Positions 1 through 13,829 of a stretch of DNA of 64,000 bases are shown in pieces. Location: positions 310,001 to 374,000 of the forward strand of contig JAQGDQ010000078.1 in assembly GCA_030141605.1 (NCBI GenBank), in the 5' to 3' direction. A program made the translations under genes and the position numbers. Under the pieces are notes generated by a model that saw only the letters and a list, made by a program, of their open reading frames with translations, made no database searches and had not been told where the DNA came from. Position 1 is the first letter of the stretch, and each line of letters opens with the position of its first letter. The DNA is from Tubiluchus corallicola (Eukaryota; Animalia; Priapulida).

Positions 1-140
1 AATATTTAAACCAGTGACTATAAATTTATATTTGAGAAATAGAACTTTCACATGGCTTTTTTGTCAAAGAATTAAAAACTGACTAGTTAAGTAGGAACAG
101 CTAAAGGTCTGCCAAACTCCTCATCAAAGTGCATTCTTAC

Positions 141-2186
141 TGAGAGGGAAAACGGCTTGTTCCCAGCAGCTAGTGCTCTGCTCTGGTGATGTACATATCA
201 CATTCTCAACATCAACAATGAGATCAAACCACATGATGATTGCATCACATCTGCCAGCTTCTATCACACGAGCTTGAATTGATGTGCTCATACCTTTCAA
301 CCAATTGTTTATCTCCTAGAATAAATGAATTTATTCTGAAAATTTACAATGCAATATATTTCATTTTAATAGTTTAGTTAAAGTAAACCCTCATTATAAT
401 ATAAAGTTTTACAACTTAAAATCTAGCTCCCATTTCAAATATTCAATTTATTTTATTATAAACTTACTGTAAAACTTGATCCTTTTGATTTTTTATCAAT
501 TTGTTCTACGCAATATTAAATTTGAAGAAGCGCCATTTTTCATTGCGCGACATGAATGACATAATGATTACAGTCATGAGGTCACCGAAAATCTGTAAAC
601 AAACATTGGTAACCAAAGACGCTTTCTGTACTATCTATGTAATTGTCGCTCACTTGTGCCAAAGAAACATAGTGATCTTTTATGGCAATGCATGCATTCG
701 AAATTTGCCAAAAAAGAGTAAATAATTTAATTTATAAGTTTCATTTATTTAATAATAACCGAATTCGTTGTGCAATCATAATGATGCATTAAAAAAACTT
801 GAATTTTGGGGTTATACAGGCCATTAAATGCTGAACTCTGAACTGTACACACTGTCTTTGGATTCTAGACAAGATGAAAAGACACTATGGCAATTGTAGA
901 ATTTTTACCTTTCAAGATCTAAACACAGAGAATACAAAGAGTTGTTTGCAAAGGTGACAAACCTTTTACATATCTAAATATACAATTGAATAAAAATAAT
1001 TAGATAATAAATACTAGTCTGTACTGTAACTTTTCACACAAATATATAAATGTATGACACAAAAATGCTACATTAAGAAACACTTACCTTTGGTTTATTA
1101 AAATCAATGTCTAGGCATCTGAATGAAGCAGACAACTTCTTATATCCACCTTTGATATGAGGTAATTGTTCAGAAGTGTAAAACCCAGATTCCATGTCAT
1201 CATTAAGAACACTTATAAAACTCACATCTACAGCGCCTGCAGTTTTACACCGGAATCTATATACAGGTAAAATGAGCCAAAATCAATTCCATTCTAATTT
1301 TGTGTACCAGAACCTAACTAAAAAAATTACACGAGTGATAAACAAACCTGCATACAAACAAAATGGTACTTAACATAATTGTTTCAACATATATTATAGT
1401 GCTTTGTTCATTGAAGATGACATAAAAGTAGTAAAAGCTCTCAGATCATACACAAGTGTCTTATTTTATGTAGGTGAAGCAAAAATATTGAGTCAATTAT
1501 GCGGAGTTATTCAAGTCAATTGTCGACAGTTTTTATACACATTTGAATAGAAGCGGCCCACACCAGGTGTTTTTGAGTCAGTTAGGTGACAGATTCTATT
1601 AACTGTAATCTCTGATACATTAAAACGCAAATGCTTAAAATACGTTAACTAATGATTGAAGAACTATATGTAACAATTTCTTATGATGTTGTCTGATATA
1701 CAATTGAATTTTCTTAATAAAAACATTCTCACTTGGTAATATCCTTAAGACGCAAACATGAGAAAGCCAATGTAAGCAATACACAAAAAAATACATAAAT
1801 TTGTTCACCTGTTCATATTTTTAATATGCTGACATTCTACAAGACATGCAAAAGTAACTGCACCACGAGGAATCACACAAGCTTCTTCAGGCGGACGTAA
1901 CAAATGCTCCCATGCATGCTTTAGGGTCACTAAAATCCCCTCACCGAGTAATCCACTGTCTACAGTCTCAGTGACTACCAATGAAACCCTAGTAAATGTA
2001 CAATAAAACTTAAGAAAAAATATTTCAAAAAGCAATATGTTTAAAAGCAAAATATATGTTTCTGCAACAGTGCTCAAATGTGAAAAATATACACATGTAA
2101 AGGAGTGTTAAAAGATATAATTATATTATAATTAAAAGCTATAATTTATATCTACAGTTATAGTTAAATGTAACTTATCTCTATAA

Positions 2187-2233
<47 letters not shown>

Positions 2234-5200
2234 TTTGACACTCCTTTACATGTGTATATTTTTCACATTTTGAGCAAATATATATATATATATATATATT
2301 AATTATAGAGATAAGTTACATTTAACTATAGCTGTAGATATATATTATAGCTTTTAATTATAATATATATATATATCTTTTAACACTCCTTTACATTTGT
2401 ATATATATATATGTATGGCCTATGCAACTTTATGGCTCTCGACCCAACCAAAACTTTATTAGTTAATTAAACAAAACTAATTACAACTCATATTTCCTTC
2501 TATTTTTAAGCATATTAACTTTTTAACTTTTAAAACGCTATCTTTTTCAATAAATTCAACGTGGGCGCCGCCATATTTAGCTGGTGTACGCATACAACGT
2601 CTTGCATGTAAGACTGCACTGCTTCAACACACAGGTCTGACTTGCGTCCAACAATCTGCAGGAACGTATTGTGGCCATAAGTATCAATATATAATATATA
2701 TCTATATAGTATATAATATATCAAAGCCGGATGCTGAATTTGCAATATTCAAAGGTGCGGTGTTCAGATATGTAATATTTAAGATTTATGATTTTACACT
2801 TACATGTAGTACATGCAAATAAGATAACAGGCTTATTCCAGTAAAAAGCAAGCAAACAAACCTTCTTGGAATATCCTCTGGGACTGAGAGTGAACTAGAT
2901 GGTAAACACATGAAATTAATTATATGAGACTTGCAGTGCGCTGTCAGTACATCACAAGCAACATTGTACATTGTTGAAGATTTTTCACAAGCGTAAACAC
3001 GTTTAGCTCCGGCTCTCAAGGCATACATACTAAAAATGCAAAAACATAAAAGATAATAGGGATTATAGCAAAGCAATATAATTACTAATACAATCGGCAA
3101 TTCACAAAGGACAAATTCTGATATACAACTTAAAAAGGCTGGTTTTAACAGAACTTCTACTGGTGCATTTTAAGTGGTGTTACTGTTTTTTTTGCGGAGT
3201 AAAAACAAAAGAGACATTATACCATACATGTTTCGTCCTAAAAGTGGATCAGGATTGCATGATAATGGCTCCGGGCCACACTGTTTATCAGAATTTATTA
3301 CATGAACTATCTCTAAACATGGCTTACAGTATAATTTACTACTATACTTAAAAAGTGGCTAGACTGTATTTCAGTTAAAAAACCTTGACAATAAATTATG
3401 AACTTGGAACACGTTCAGTTTTTCTGTGTCTACAAAAAACTTAAACTGTAACAGTGTAGTGAAAAATTAAGCAGGCATCCGTATAACCGGCACTACCTTT
3501 AAGTGAAAAACTTCCTGAATTAAGAGCAGAAACCAATAAGCTATTTCACAGTTTTGCTATGCTCATGCAGAGTTGCTGTAGGTGAAAAGTCAAACCAGCG
3601 TGTCTTACATAACTACTGATCTTACGCACGTAACATGTAGGTGAAATGGGTGTAACACGAGGCTGTTTTTTGTTATTATACTACATGCGTGTAGTTTTAA
3701 ACTAACATGTTATTCCTATCCGAAAACAGCTAGCAAAATAGCAACAGCAATCCATGTAAACTGAAATAAACGAAGCGAAAATTAACGCCAAGAGCTGTTA
3801 CTAATACAATAGCATGGGTTGCAAAGCAATGTCAAGTGTAAACAAATGCATTGTTTGGTTCAGATAACGTTGTTAGATTCACTTAACCTTTGACCTTTTC
3901 ATGATCATCATCAAGTGCTGGAACTGTGAAAAAGCTTATTCCTAGTCATCACACACGGCCTACCTTAAGAGACCAGTACCAGCACCGATGTCAAGGACGT
4001 ATTTGTAGCCATCTCGCACTGTGTTCGTTATTGCATTGTTAAACGCTTCGTTTCTACTCCGATCGTTCAACATCTTAAAATGCCATCTTTCGATCAAATG
4101 GCTAAACAAATTTTGCAAACCCTCCTTTGCAGCTAAGTGACGAGGATTTTTAAACAATGCTGTTTGCAAACTTGAAGAAGCTTCATCTATAAATCCCAAG
4201 CTGCAATGTAAGGAATAAGCTGTGATTACAATAGCTGAAAGTAACAATCGAAACATTCAAAATAAAATAAAATGTTCATTTGAACTGATGTGATAATTTA
4301 AGTATTTAGCAAAACTGATGTTCAAACAGAAAGCTAAACCATTTCCTTAATGAATATTAGTATGTTTCAATTACAAATACATCATTTTAAATCTAATTAC
4401 TGAGAACCCAAAATATATTTTTACAAGGTTCAATGAATATCATTTCCTTATTAATGTACAAATAGTGCCAGGAGTTTAATTAAATTCGCAGCCCCGCAAC
4501 AACTGGAATAAAATACAGTAGGCGCCGCTTAATAGACTCATGGTTAATAGACTCAACCGCTTAATTGACTCAAAAAAGCCTGGAACTGACTGCTTCTATT
4601 CAAATACACATAAAAACTATCGGTAATTGACTCAAATAACTCCGCTTAATTGACCCAATATTTTTCTTTCACTTACTTAATATAAGATATTTGTATGTGC
4701 CCAAAGAGCCTTTCCTACTTTTCTGTCATCTTTACTTCCCTTTAGTGCACTATGTATGCAGAAACAATCATGTTAAGTACAGTTTTGTTTATAAGCAGGT
4801 ACGTTTATCATGCGCTAATACGCTAGTGTAGCAGTTTTGCTTTGAATCTGTTAACCGCTTGCCCACTGTTACCCAAAGAATTTCTGGATGCTAAACATTT
4901 AATCACTTGCCTAGCGGTTTCCTTTTGATGCTGTCTTTGCAATTGCGCGCTTTCAGCCTTAATCAGTTAACAGTCAAACAGCTGGTACAGTAATCAACCG
5001 GTATTCCTTGTGACTTACAAGACTAAACATCGTACAACAAATAAGAACAAAGTGAGTGAGCAAATGATTCAGAACTGTTTAGTCACACACAACAACGGAT
5101 TATCAACGTTTTTATAATTCTTGGTTCTAATGTAATAGGTAAAAAATTTTGTACATTTCTCTGCAATTTCTTCCATTACAATCTAGTTCATTTTGATAAG

Positions 5201-6744
5201 TTAAATTCTAATTTGTTGTTTTGTAATTTCAGATTTTGCCTTTGTATCATTAATGTATTATTTATTCTTCTTTTTGGCTTGATTTATTAAAGTTTAATAA
5301 TAGCTCCAGTAGCAGAAACGATCGTCGCTCAACAAACATGGTGATTCCTAGAAGCTGGCTCTTTCGAGTACGAAATAAATTTACTTTTTATTTTATTTGA
5401 ATATTAAGCTTCCAAGTTGCTTTACTTGGCACAATTAACCGATAGTCAAACACACCACTTTTACATTTTAACAAAAAAACATACTGGTAAAGATGAAGTC
5501 CCATTATGTAATAAACATCTTCACAATTTGGAAATATCTCCCTAGCTTGTTCATAAGCTTTGAATACATCGTCCACTCTCTTGCTGGCTATAAGTTCACT
5601 TGTCCATTCTTGAAAACAATATGCGAAATTGGCCTAAAAGCAAAAACACACAGCAACATTGTAAAATGAATGACACAAGGTCAACTTTAAATGAGCAAAA
5701 TGTCAACAAGTTTTTTGTACAGCTGTATTTCTTACTAATAATGGATCACACATGCAAACTAGTTGGATGATAATGACACTTGCGTCAAGGAAATAAAATT
5801 TCTTGATCAAATATTAATGAATGTAAATTAATTAATATTAATACAAACATTAATTAATGGCTCCTAATTTGGTTAAGTCAAGTTTCAACTGTCTACAACA
5901 AGCCATTTCATCGGAATGGTTTATGAGAATTCTGTGAAGCAACCAACATGGAAAAGTATAGAGAATCGACAACCCTTGTCAATTAATCAACTTGAAGGAA
6001 AACAGGATGATTTTTCCTATTACATCCCATTTTGAAGTATGGTAAAAATATGCATTTCGACATTTATAGTAATGGCAAAGTGTTCCCGGTAAATAAATAA
6101 TAGGTTAATAAATTAGTTAATGGTAAACAGCACAAGCATTCCTTGAGTGTGTTGCATGTGCTTGTGAAAGTGGAAGTACAGTGCTACTATACACATCATC
6201 CAATGTGATATACAAAAACTCAGCAACTTTTAAATATAAAATTAAAATTTCAAGGTCATCCATGTGCTCATGCATGAGCTCTCAAATGTTGGCACTACAT
6301 CACAACCAAACACTTCTGAAATTATAGGTACAGCACCTGTTTTTTTGTGCAACGTGTATCCGAGATGTTAGCGCTAGTACTGTCTAACTAGTGAATGCAT
6401 GTAAGTGCCAAAAACTAGCCGTGCAAATACAAAATTACGTTTCCGTAGTAATAATTCTTTCATGTAAGTCATTCTTGAAAAAAGTATGTTCTCTTCAATA
6501 TTTCACAGAGTAGATTGTTTTGAGTTATAGTTTAAGACAGGATCCGATTTTCTTCTAATCGAAAAACTCATTTAAGAAACCGCAAAATTCTAATTTTAAG
6601 TACCTTCAAAGTATCCTTTACATCATCAGTTGACAGCTGAATGACAACGAGGAAATGTGCAAAAGCCCTTCCAAAGTTTCGTCTCTGCATGTACAACATG
6701 GCATTTTCCCATGAGTCACTTGCAAGCTTCCCTTTTCTATCCAT
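141..6744 (-). CDS. PRMT9: Protein arginine N-methyltransferase 9 (N-terminal TPR-like helices + SAM-dependent MTase); 5' part only, gene continues off the left edge
   Basis: Phase-consistent GT-AG exons: 6744-6604, 5633-5485, 4200-3964, 3029-2862, 1988-1809, 1256-1088, 315-141. Translation includes TPR-like helices ([11 protein letters not shown]; YEQAREIFP), [14 protein letters not shown], motif [19 protein letters not shown], double-E loop [15 protein letters not shown], and WFDL...CWEQAVFP (CWEQ in place of the THW loop, as in PRMT9). Confidence 0.93.
2071..2402. repeat. Compound inverted duplication (palindrome) around (TA)n tracts in a PRMT9 intron
   Basis: Segment A (2071-2119) recurs inverted at ~2227-2276 and partly at ~2371-2402. 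Segment B (~2125-2190) recurs inverted at ~2299-2365. The blocks are separated by (TA)n runs (2191-2231, 2279-2298). Confidence 0.9.
4516..4660 (+). mobile_element. Left end of a Tc1/mariner-pogo-type MITE (right end not found)
   Basis: TA|CAGTAGGCGCCGCTTAAT terminus followed by several TTAAT(A/T)GACTCA subterminal repeats, typical of pogo/Tigger-derived MITEs. No matching right TIR located. Confidence 0.45.
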
Positions 6745-7789
6745 TATATAACGAACCAACTGAAAAAAGACAATTAATTACTGCCTAAACATTGGACTAA
6801 CATTCCTGTATAAAATAAGTGGATAGAATTCTTGCTACCATGCAAAGAGAATGAATCCACGTCAGTCCTTAATCTACATATACTTGCCACTAGTATTGCA
6901 ATGTTAAACAAGTGATACTATATTACAATGTCAATCAAGTAATATTGAAGACTAGTGTATAAGAGCTGATTTTCCAATAATTCATACCAAGCATCATTAC
7001 AAAAATTGTAATGATTCATTTTGAACATCAAATGTTCAAAATTTCTATTCTTTCAGAACAACATGCAACTGAATTATAAATTTCAAATTCGTTTAATGAT
7101 TTATAACCTTAATTTTAATACTATTTATTGTCGATGAAACAAAGTCAGATATACTGAAATTTTTGAACTAATCTTGTCTCAACAGATGTTTGGCACGATT
7201 TCACTCCATCATTAAAGTTTATGAATTGCACATTAATTCCATTGTTTATAAATTTACTAACTAGATCGATAACTAACAGACATTAATAATGGCCCCTTGC
7301 CTTCATCTAAGACTAATTACTCCATTATTTCTCTTAACATGTCATATAATGCACTGAATAACTATAACTGATTGGTTTAAAAACAATCTACAAAGCAACA
7401 TTTGTCAATGAAGACAATAAATAATCCCACTACTATAATTTAGAAAAAAAGGGGACTTAAAAACATAGATTCATACAATTTCATTCTAATTTTAAATAAA
7501 ACAGCTCAGAGTCTATTATTTTACGCATAAATGCAACTTGACACTCTGCAAACTGGAATTAAGCAATCGATAGTAGAATTGTGGCATGAATGCTCTCCAG
7601 TTAATTATCAAGCATAAGCAAACTGACAGACTAATCAGAACTATAATATGTCATGAAGATATGGTCACCCCAGTATTTAACTTTTATTGAACAATTGGGG
7701 CTGGTTAAATAAAGACACCTATAACTGGCTGATGATTTCAACATGAATTCTGTTTCTACATGTATATTAGAGCAACATAATTAGTTTCC

Positions 7790-8165
7790 CTGGTTCTATT
7801 GAGGTCACACATTGAATATGCAAGTCAATTTTGAAGCCCTCCCTTGGTTTCTTCTCGGGCATTAGCACTTGACATGATGATGTAAGCCTGTCTGTAGCAA
7901 GTGAAGAATTCTCTGGTAATCTAATCTAATCCATCTATGCAGATGCTTCTCCATGACCTCACTTCATTCCTTCTTGTTTGTTGATTTCAGATTTGCTTTG
8001 GCCATTTTATACCAAGCACCTTTCTATACAGATGCCTTTGGAAGGCAACGATTTCATTTTTCTGGGCAACTTTGACTGTTCACAATTCAATATTATATAA
8101 GAATACAGGTTCTATAAGTGATGCTAAAATATGTAGCTTCTGTGGTGAGACTTGGATTTTCAAAG
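7790..8165 (-). mobile_element. Decayed RTE-like LINE, 3' end of RT ORF
   Basis: Frameshifted minus-strand translation ...SLIEPVFLYNIEL..AFQRHLYRKVLGIKWPK...RLPE...KKPR resembles the C-terminal region of RTE-clade ORFs. Confidence 0.65.
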
Positions 8166-8199
8166 ATGGTTGTGAGCTTAGAATATGAGCCAAGTCTAA

Positions 8200-9436
8200 C
8201 ATGTGTGCTTGCAAACCAAAACCGTCCATAGGTCAGCATAATTAAAACTATGTTATGATGCTTCAAAGTAGAATTCATCCAAAATTTGGTCAAATGTCAA
8301 TTTTTTTATAAAAACAAATGCTAAATACATTGGACTTTTATATTCTAACATCAAATTATCAAGATGTTCAAAAAATACTAAAAATCTAATTTTATAACCC
8401 TTACCCACTTTTCTGGCTAGAAACTGATACTACAATTGCGAAAAACTTGTATATTGAAACTCCGATAGTAGCTCGTGGAAGCAGTCATTTTGCTGCATTT
8501 TTTTCTGTTGCCAAGCTCAGACCTTCATATGGAAGAGCCATCTACAGGATTTAAACGTAACTTCAGCTCACTCTTGCAAAATCCATAGCAGCCACCATTT
8601 CATACGGTTGCTAAGAGCTCTTGTAGAAGTTCGACAAAAACAATGGCTAACTTTAACAGCAATTTTCTCAAGGTTAAGATTTTCAATGTGTACCCTGCAC
8701 CGCAACTTCAACGTGGATTACCTCAGCTTATAAATAACATAGAGCGATGTACTTGGGCGCACTTGCAGTTTAGGTGGCTCTCCTCACATGTTACTACCTT
8801 CCTATATCAGTCCAATCGCCGACACCCTATCACCCTCACGCTCCAAACCTGCCAAGCGGCAAAGAATGCATAGTCACCAAGAATGCCAAACTGCCACAAA
8901 TGCCAAGTCACCAACAGTGCCAACCCGCCAAGATGCTGTAAAAAAGCGTACGTTGAGAAAATTCGCCCTTTTTAACTTTTTAGTAAATTTCCAATTTGGT
9001 TCTTTTTTGTGAAGCGTTGTGAAGAGATTTTCTAGGCTGTAGCACACATTAGCAAATAAAGAATTCTGCTCTCTGCTAACTCCTAAATGAAAATATTTCA
9101 TGAAATTGCTCAATCTTAATCCGTCTCAGTAAACTTTAACACTAACAGTAACAGTAAATTTTTTAAAATTATTTTTTTTATAAATAGGAAGTACGTTTCA
9201 AATTTTCTTTACTCAGTGTGCAGATAAAGGATGCATCTTTCTATTGTAGCACTGCTTTCAGCGATATTTCTGATTTAGGCGATGTGAGAGTGCTTTAAAA
9301 AAGGGCCACCTAAACTGCAATCTACCCTGAACGTGGTATCAAAATAATTCTCACGAAAAGGAGATTCAGGATATGTGAATAACTAGGAAAGGGTTAATTG
9401 CCGACTTATAAATGATTTTGCTATGCAAGCACACAT
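8200..9436. mobile_element. MITE family A copy 1 (TIR ATGTGTGCTTGCA), interrupted by a family B element
   Basis: Ends ATGTGTGCTTGCA...TGCAAGCACACAT. Segments 8200-8755 and 9327-9436 align colinearly, in inverted orientation, with 44395-45000. Confidence 0.8.
8756..9326. mobile_element. MITE family B copy 1 (Mutator-like, 9-bp TSD)
   Basis: TIR core TTGCAGTTTAGGTGG...CCACCTAAACTGCAA. Diverged 9-bp TSD ATGTACTTG (8747-8755) / CTGAACGTG (9327-9335). Internal GCCAA-type short repeats. Homologous to 14615-15445 and to the partial copy at 33027-34356. Confidence 0.8.
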
Positions 9437-9816
9437 TTATTATAATTAATAATAAATTAATGCTAATACTAATAGTAATACTTAAAGTAATAACTAATAT
9501 TTTTCTGCCTGCTGTGTAAGCTTCATTGCCTAGTAACTACTCAAATATTTGCATTTCTTCCAAGAAGGATCACAACAACGCCGTGTTACTCTATTTTGAT
9601 GTCATTTACCTTCAGATTCTTAGACGGCTAGTTGCATATTCTTTCACGGCCACTATTTCGCAAATTCCAGTTGCTGTTGTCCATCATTACCTTTGCCTAG
9701 CAATATGACAACTCTTAATTAAAGCGAGGGCTTACCAAAGCAGAGGTCCTACAGCCAATCTCCACGTGCAATCGTCACCCGTTCAGAGGGGCGCCAGTAC
9801 TCAAACTACTGAAGAA

Positions 9817-9920
<104 letters not shown>

Positions 9921-10039
9921 GTAATAATAACAATAACTATTAGAGGTCAAATAGTAATTATTAGGCAATCTCAACTGTAAGTGAATACTGATTATTATTT
10001 TGATTTGTAACATTATGACATGTATACAGTCAGAACTTA

Positions 10040-13000
10040 GTTAGTGTAATGCCAGTCTGCATGTCGCAGAGCTGTATGATATTACTGTTATGTACAATGA
10101 TGGGAAGGAAGAAGAGGAACGTAATACGGGAAAACATGGGAAATTTACTATATAATAACTGCAAAAAAACAAAGAAAAATACAGAAATACTAAAGAGAAT
10201 TACTTACAATAGAAAACGAAAATTCTTAAGTTGAAGAAATGAAGTAATACTTAACCATATACATGTAGTTGAACTAGGAAATGAACGAGAAATTAGAGAT
10301 ATTACAATGAAAGAAGTAGAAGATGCTGCTAAGAATTCCAAAAAACGGAAAAATCGATAAATGAAATGATTATAATTATATGCAAGATATGATTTGAAAC
10401 ATGCAGTAGTACTAGATTAAGTAGCACCTGTTTACAAGTTAAGCGGTTTACATAGTGGCTGGTGAACCTTCACTAATTATTTGACATTAATAAAGTTAAT
10501 CATTTTGCTAAAAACTATGAGTGAAGCATAATCATTACAAAACGAAGTATAATTAAAATGCTTAATGGAATAAAAAAACAAGTAGTTTCAAGCCAGTAAA
10601 AAGAAATGAAAGATAAAATCGTTACCTAAAAAAGGTAGACACAGCATGACTAATAAAAGAGGGATATTTTTAACAAATGGATTAATTAAGTTATTCGAAA
10701 CAATTCTGGTGAAAAGAAAATGAAAAGTTTTCGAAAATGGAATAACAGAACGTCAACATGATGGACGAAAAAATGGGAGAAGTGTATCGCATATAGCATA
10801 ATAGGATAAGTAAGTATCATAAATGAGTAGGACAGGGACGTAAAAATAATTTTTTCACATGCTGAAAAGTGTTTTGATAAATGATGGCTGAGGGACAGTT
10901 TAATTAAACTATGAATGAAACGAGTATCATCTGAAGAAAAAAATATGATACATGATATGAGAAGGGAATGCGGAAATTGAGACACCAGTGAGAGAAACAC
11001 TGTTGGTAGAATTAGGTGAAATTTTGCAGCACGGAACAATCTGGGGACAAAGACAGTGTAGTGCGTCAACAGATGGAAGAAAAACGAATAAATGCCAAAG
11101 TATATTGATGATAATAATGAACAGATGATCAGTATGGCACAAATTTGCAAATACTTTGAAAAAAGAAAAACTTCACTTTTGATACTAACAATCGCAGTAG
11201 ATTATATCTACTAGCAATTATAGTAGAAAGGAAACAAAGAAAGGTAAAGAAAATGACACAATAGTTGTAAGAGAAAAATGGAATTATCTGTGGAACAAAA
11301 TGCTACAACTACCTAGGAGAACACATATAAGAAAATGGCAAAAAAGACAAGAACATTAAAAGGAAAGACTGGTCGGAATTGTGGCTAAAGAAGTTTTAGC
11401 GCAGAGAAACAAAAATAGACTTGGGAAATATGCCATAAAGCAAGATTACATTTTATTGAGACAGTAATTAAAGAGAATGGAAAAAATACAAAAAGACATG
11501 TTACAAAGGATATTCCTGCAGAAAATATTAGCAAGTTATTGGAGAATGTTGATAGAAGCGGGAATTTGGCGAATGGAGTACTGAATTTGAATTTGAATTT
11601 AACTTTTCATTTCACACTCAAGGTGTATAGTATAACACATACAATCACCCACAAATTATAGATACTACTTACAAACAAACAAAAAATACTAAACCATCTG
11701 TAACCTAATTCCCTACCATATAAAGAAAAAATAATAATAATCATGTATATAAGATTGATCGCCATTTAGCACGTATATTTGACGGGTACCTAATATCACT
11801 ATTACACAGCTAGTTCACAATGGCATTACTACTGTTTATTATCCTTACATACAGGCTAAACACACATTTTCTTCTAATAAAGTCAGAGCATTTTAATACA
11901 CATAATTGTATTGCACTAAAGTAGAACGGTTTTCCAAAAAGTTTACGCAGTAATACACTGTATGCTACTTTTAGTTTTTTAATATTGTAAAGATTGCAAT
12001 TTCTCCATGTAGCCATATAGCAATAGTTACTACAGTAGCCATTTATCAAATATCTTTTTACATCATCACTACGATTTTTAAATGTATTTAGCAGTTTGTT
12101 TGCTCTACAATAAAATGGAGAACGTTGCCTTAAGATGTCTACATCATCTTTGTTGTCTGAAGCTACAATATGTCCTAAGTATTTTTCTTGGTAACATGAG
12201 CTTATGCCACAATTGTTTACATATAATGAGCTAAACGACGCTTGTGACATGGTACTTGATTTAACAGAGATTAATTTTATTTTACTCTCATTCACTTGTA
12301 TGTCATGAAAAAATACTTCATATATATTATCAACTAGCTGTTGTAAAGCACTCATTGTTGTTGCCAGGACACAGACGTCATCGGCATACATCAAATGGTT
12401 AACATATTTTTCACCAAAGCAACATCTTTTTTGTGTTTCACTTAAATTAACACTAAGCTCCCTGAAATAAAGGTTGAAAAAACAGGAAAAAACAGGTGAA
12501 AAAACAGTAATCCACTTTGTTTTACACAGTTCCCTACTTTAAAGACTTGGGAATTAAACTTACTCCATTTAACAGTAAGCGCCTGCTCTGAATAAAGAAA
12601 GTACAACACACGTACAATAATTTTTGGAACTGTAGTTTGTAGTAATTTCAAAGAATAGCTTGTGGTACTTCATTAAGTCTTCGAGGCTTCCATGAACAAT
12701 AGATGCACAGTGCTTTGCTTATTCAGATTTGAATCTACAACTTCCTTCATTGTGTAAATACAAAGTTCAGTGCTGCACTTTTCCATGAAGCCAAACTGTA
12801 CAGATGTTCCTGCAAAGTTCTCACTGTATCTGTTGAGTATTAATCTTTCCAATAATTTACTACACATGGTCGAGATGGCTATCAGTTTGTAGTTATTTTT
12901 TAACATTAAATCTTCATTCTTGTTTCTAGCAATTGGTACTAAAATAGACACCATCAATGGCTCAGGTAGGTAACCATGTTTTACACATGCAGAAAATAGG

Positions 13001-13590
13001 AGTGATAGATGTATAGATGAGTAGAATATAAAAGTTAAATGTTACTAAACAGTTTAGTAAATTGAAAAATCTAGAGATGCTTATAAAGTTAGGAAAGAGA
13101 TGTGGAAAATAAAATTGACAGTAGTTGGACTCAGATAATGGAACATTACACTAGAAAAATATAAACAAGAAAATGAAAAGTGATTATTCAATGCAAGTAA
13201 AACAAATAATTATGGAAAAAACGAGTTAAAGAAATTAAGGAAAGTAATAAATTTTAAAGCAAATTAGCGTCTATAAGATTAAAAGCAAAGTTAGGATTTC
13301 TGTGACATGAACAAGCCAAAGCAAAACAGTACACCATAGACTGGGTTTAAAAAGAGTGTAGAAATTAAATTAAATTATGCTACCAATCAGGAATAATTAC
13401 AAGAGTTCAGTTTAAAGAGGTTTGAGGTGTCCATTAAGCAGAAAGGAAGAAGATACTACCGAGCATGTCTTTGATTATGATGTGGTTAAAAAACTGTACC
13501 AGAACAAGATGGTAATGGACACACGGAAAAGAGAGGGCTGGAGATAAAGCTTCAAAAAGAAGAATAAAGGAAAATAGATTAAAAATAAAT
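10040..13590 (+). mobile_element. Decayed non-LTR retrotransposon (RT remnant), split by a second LINE at 11581-13018
   Basis: Broken plus-strand RT motifs KLFETILVKR (~10690), AEKCFDK.WL.D (~10860) and GTIWG (~11030). The A-rich sense strand resumes after 13018. Confidence 0.7.
11581..13018 (-). mobile_element. 5'-truncated LINE (RT with YADD; possibly RTE-X-like) nested in another LINE
   Basis: ORFs 12673-12957, 12442-12651 and 11810-12394 are consecutive frameshifted RT pieces (LVPI..NK...NNY..IA; QFGF; VKQSG.L; YADD; YLGH). Short-repeat 3' tail (AATTCA)n at 11582-11598. Flanking GAGTA at 11576-11580 and 13019-13023 is a candidate TSD. Confidence 0.85.
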
Positions 13591-13829
13591 TCGCGTTACT
13601 TGTATCTGGCGCTGGTCATTGCACTTCACTGCCTATTTGCGGAGTACTTGGCTATTGGTTACTGAGGAACAAAGAAACATCGCACTAGTCGAAAACCATA
13701 GATAAATGCTTGAATCGTAAAAAGCCTTTCAGAAAAAATTTCCCGTATTGCGCGAATCTGTCATTGGGTTTCATTAAATTATTTATTTACTTTTTAACAT
13801 TGCTGTAGCTTCTTTGTATAATTTCAAAA

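Noticed and set aside
8643-8672. ATG with good context plus donor (MANFNSNFLK|gt) in frame with NDUFC2, and a nearby minus-strand GTAAGG donor at ~8404
   Set aside because: Both lie inside MITE family A, which has a homologous copy at 44395-45000, so they are repeat sequence and not supportable as first exons.
8788-9113. ORFs 8788-9012, 8874-9113 and the similar ORF 15203-15427
   Set aside because: They arise from the internal GCCAA repeats of MITE family B and show no protein-family features.
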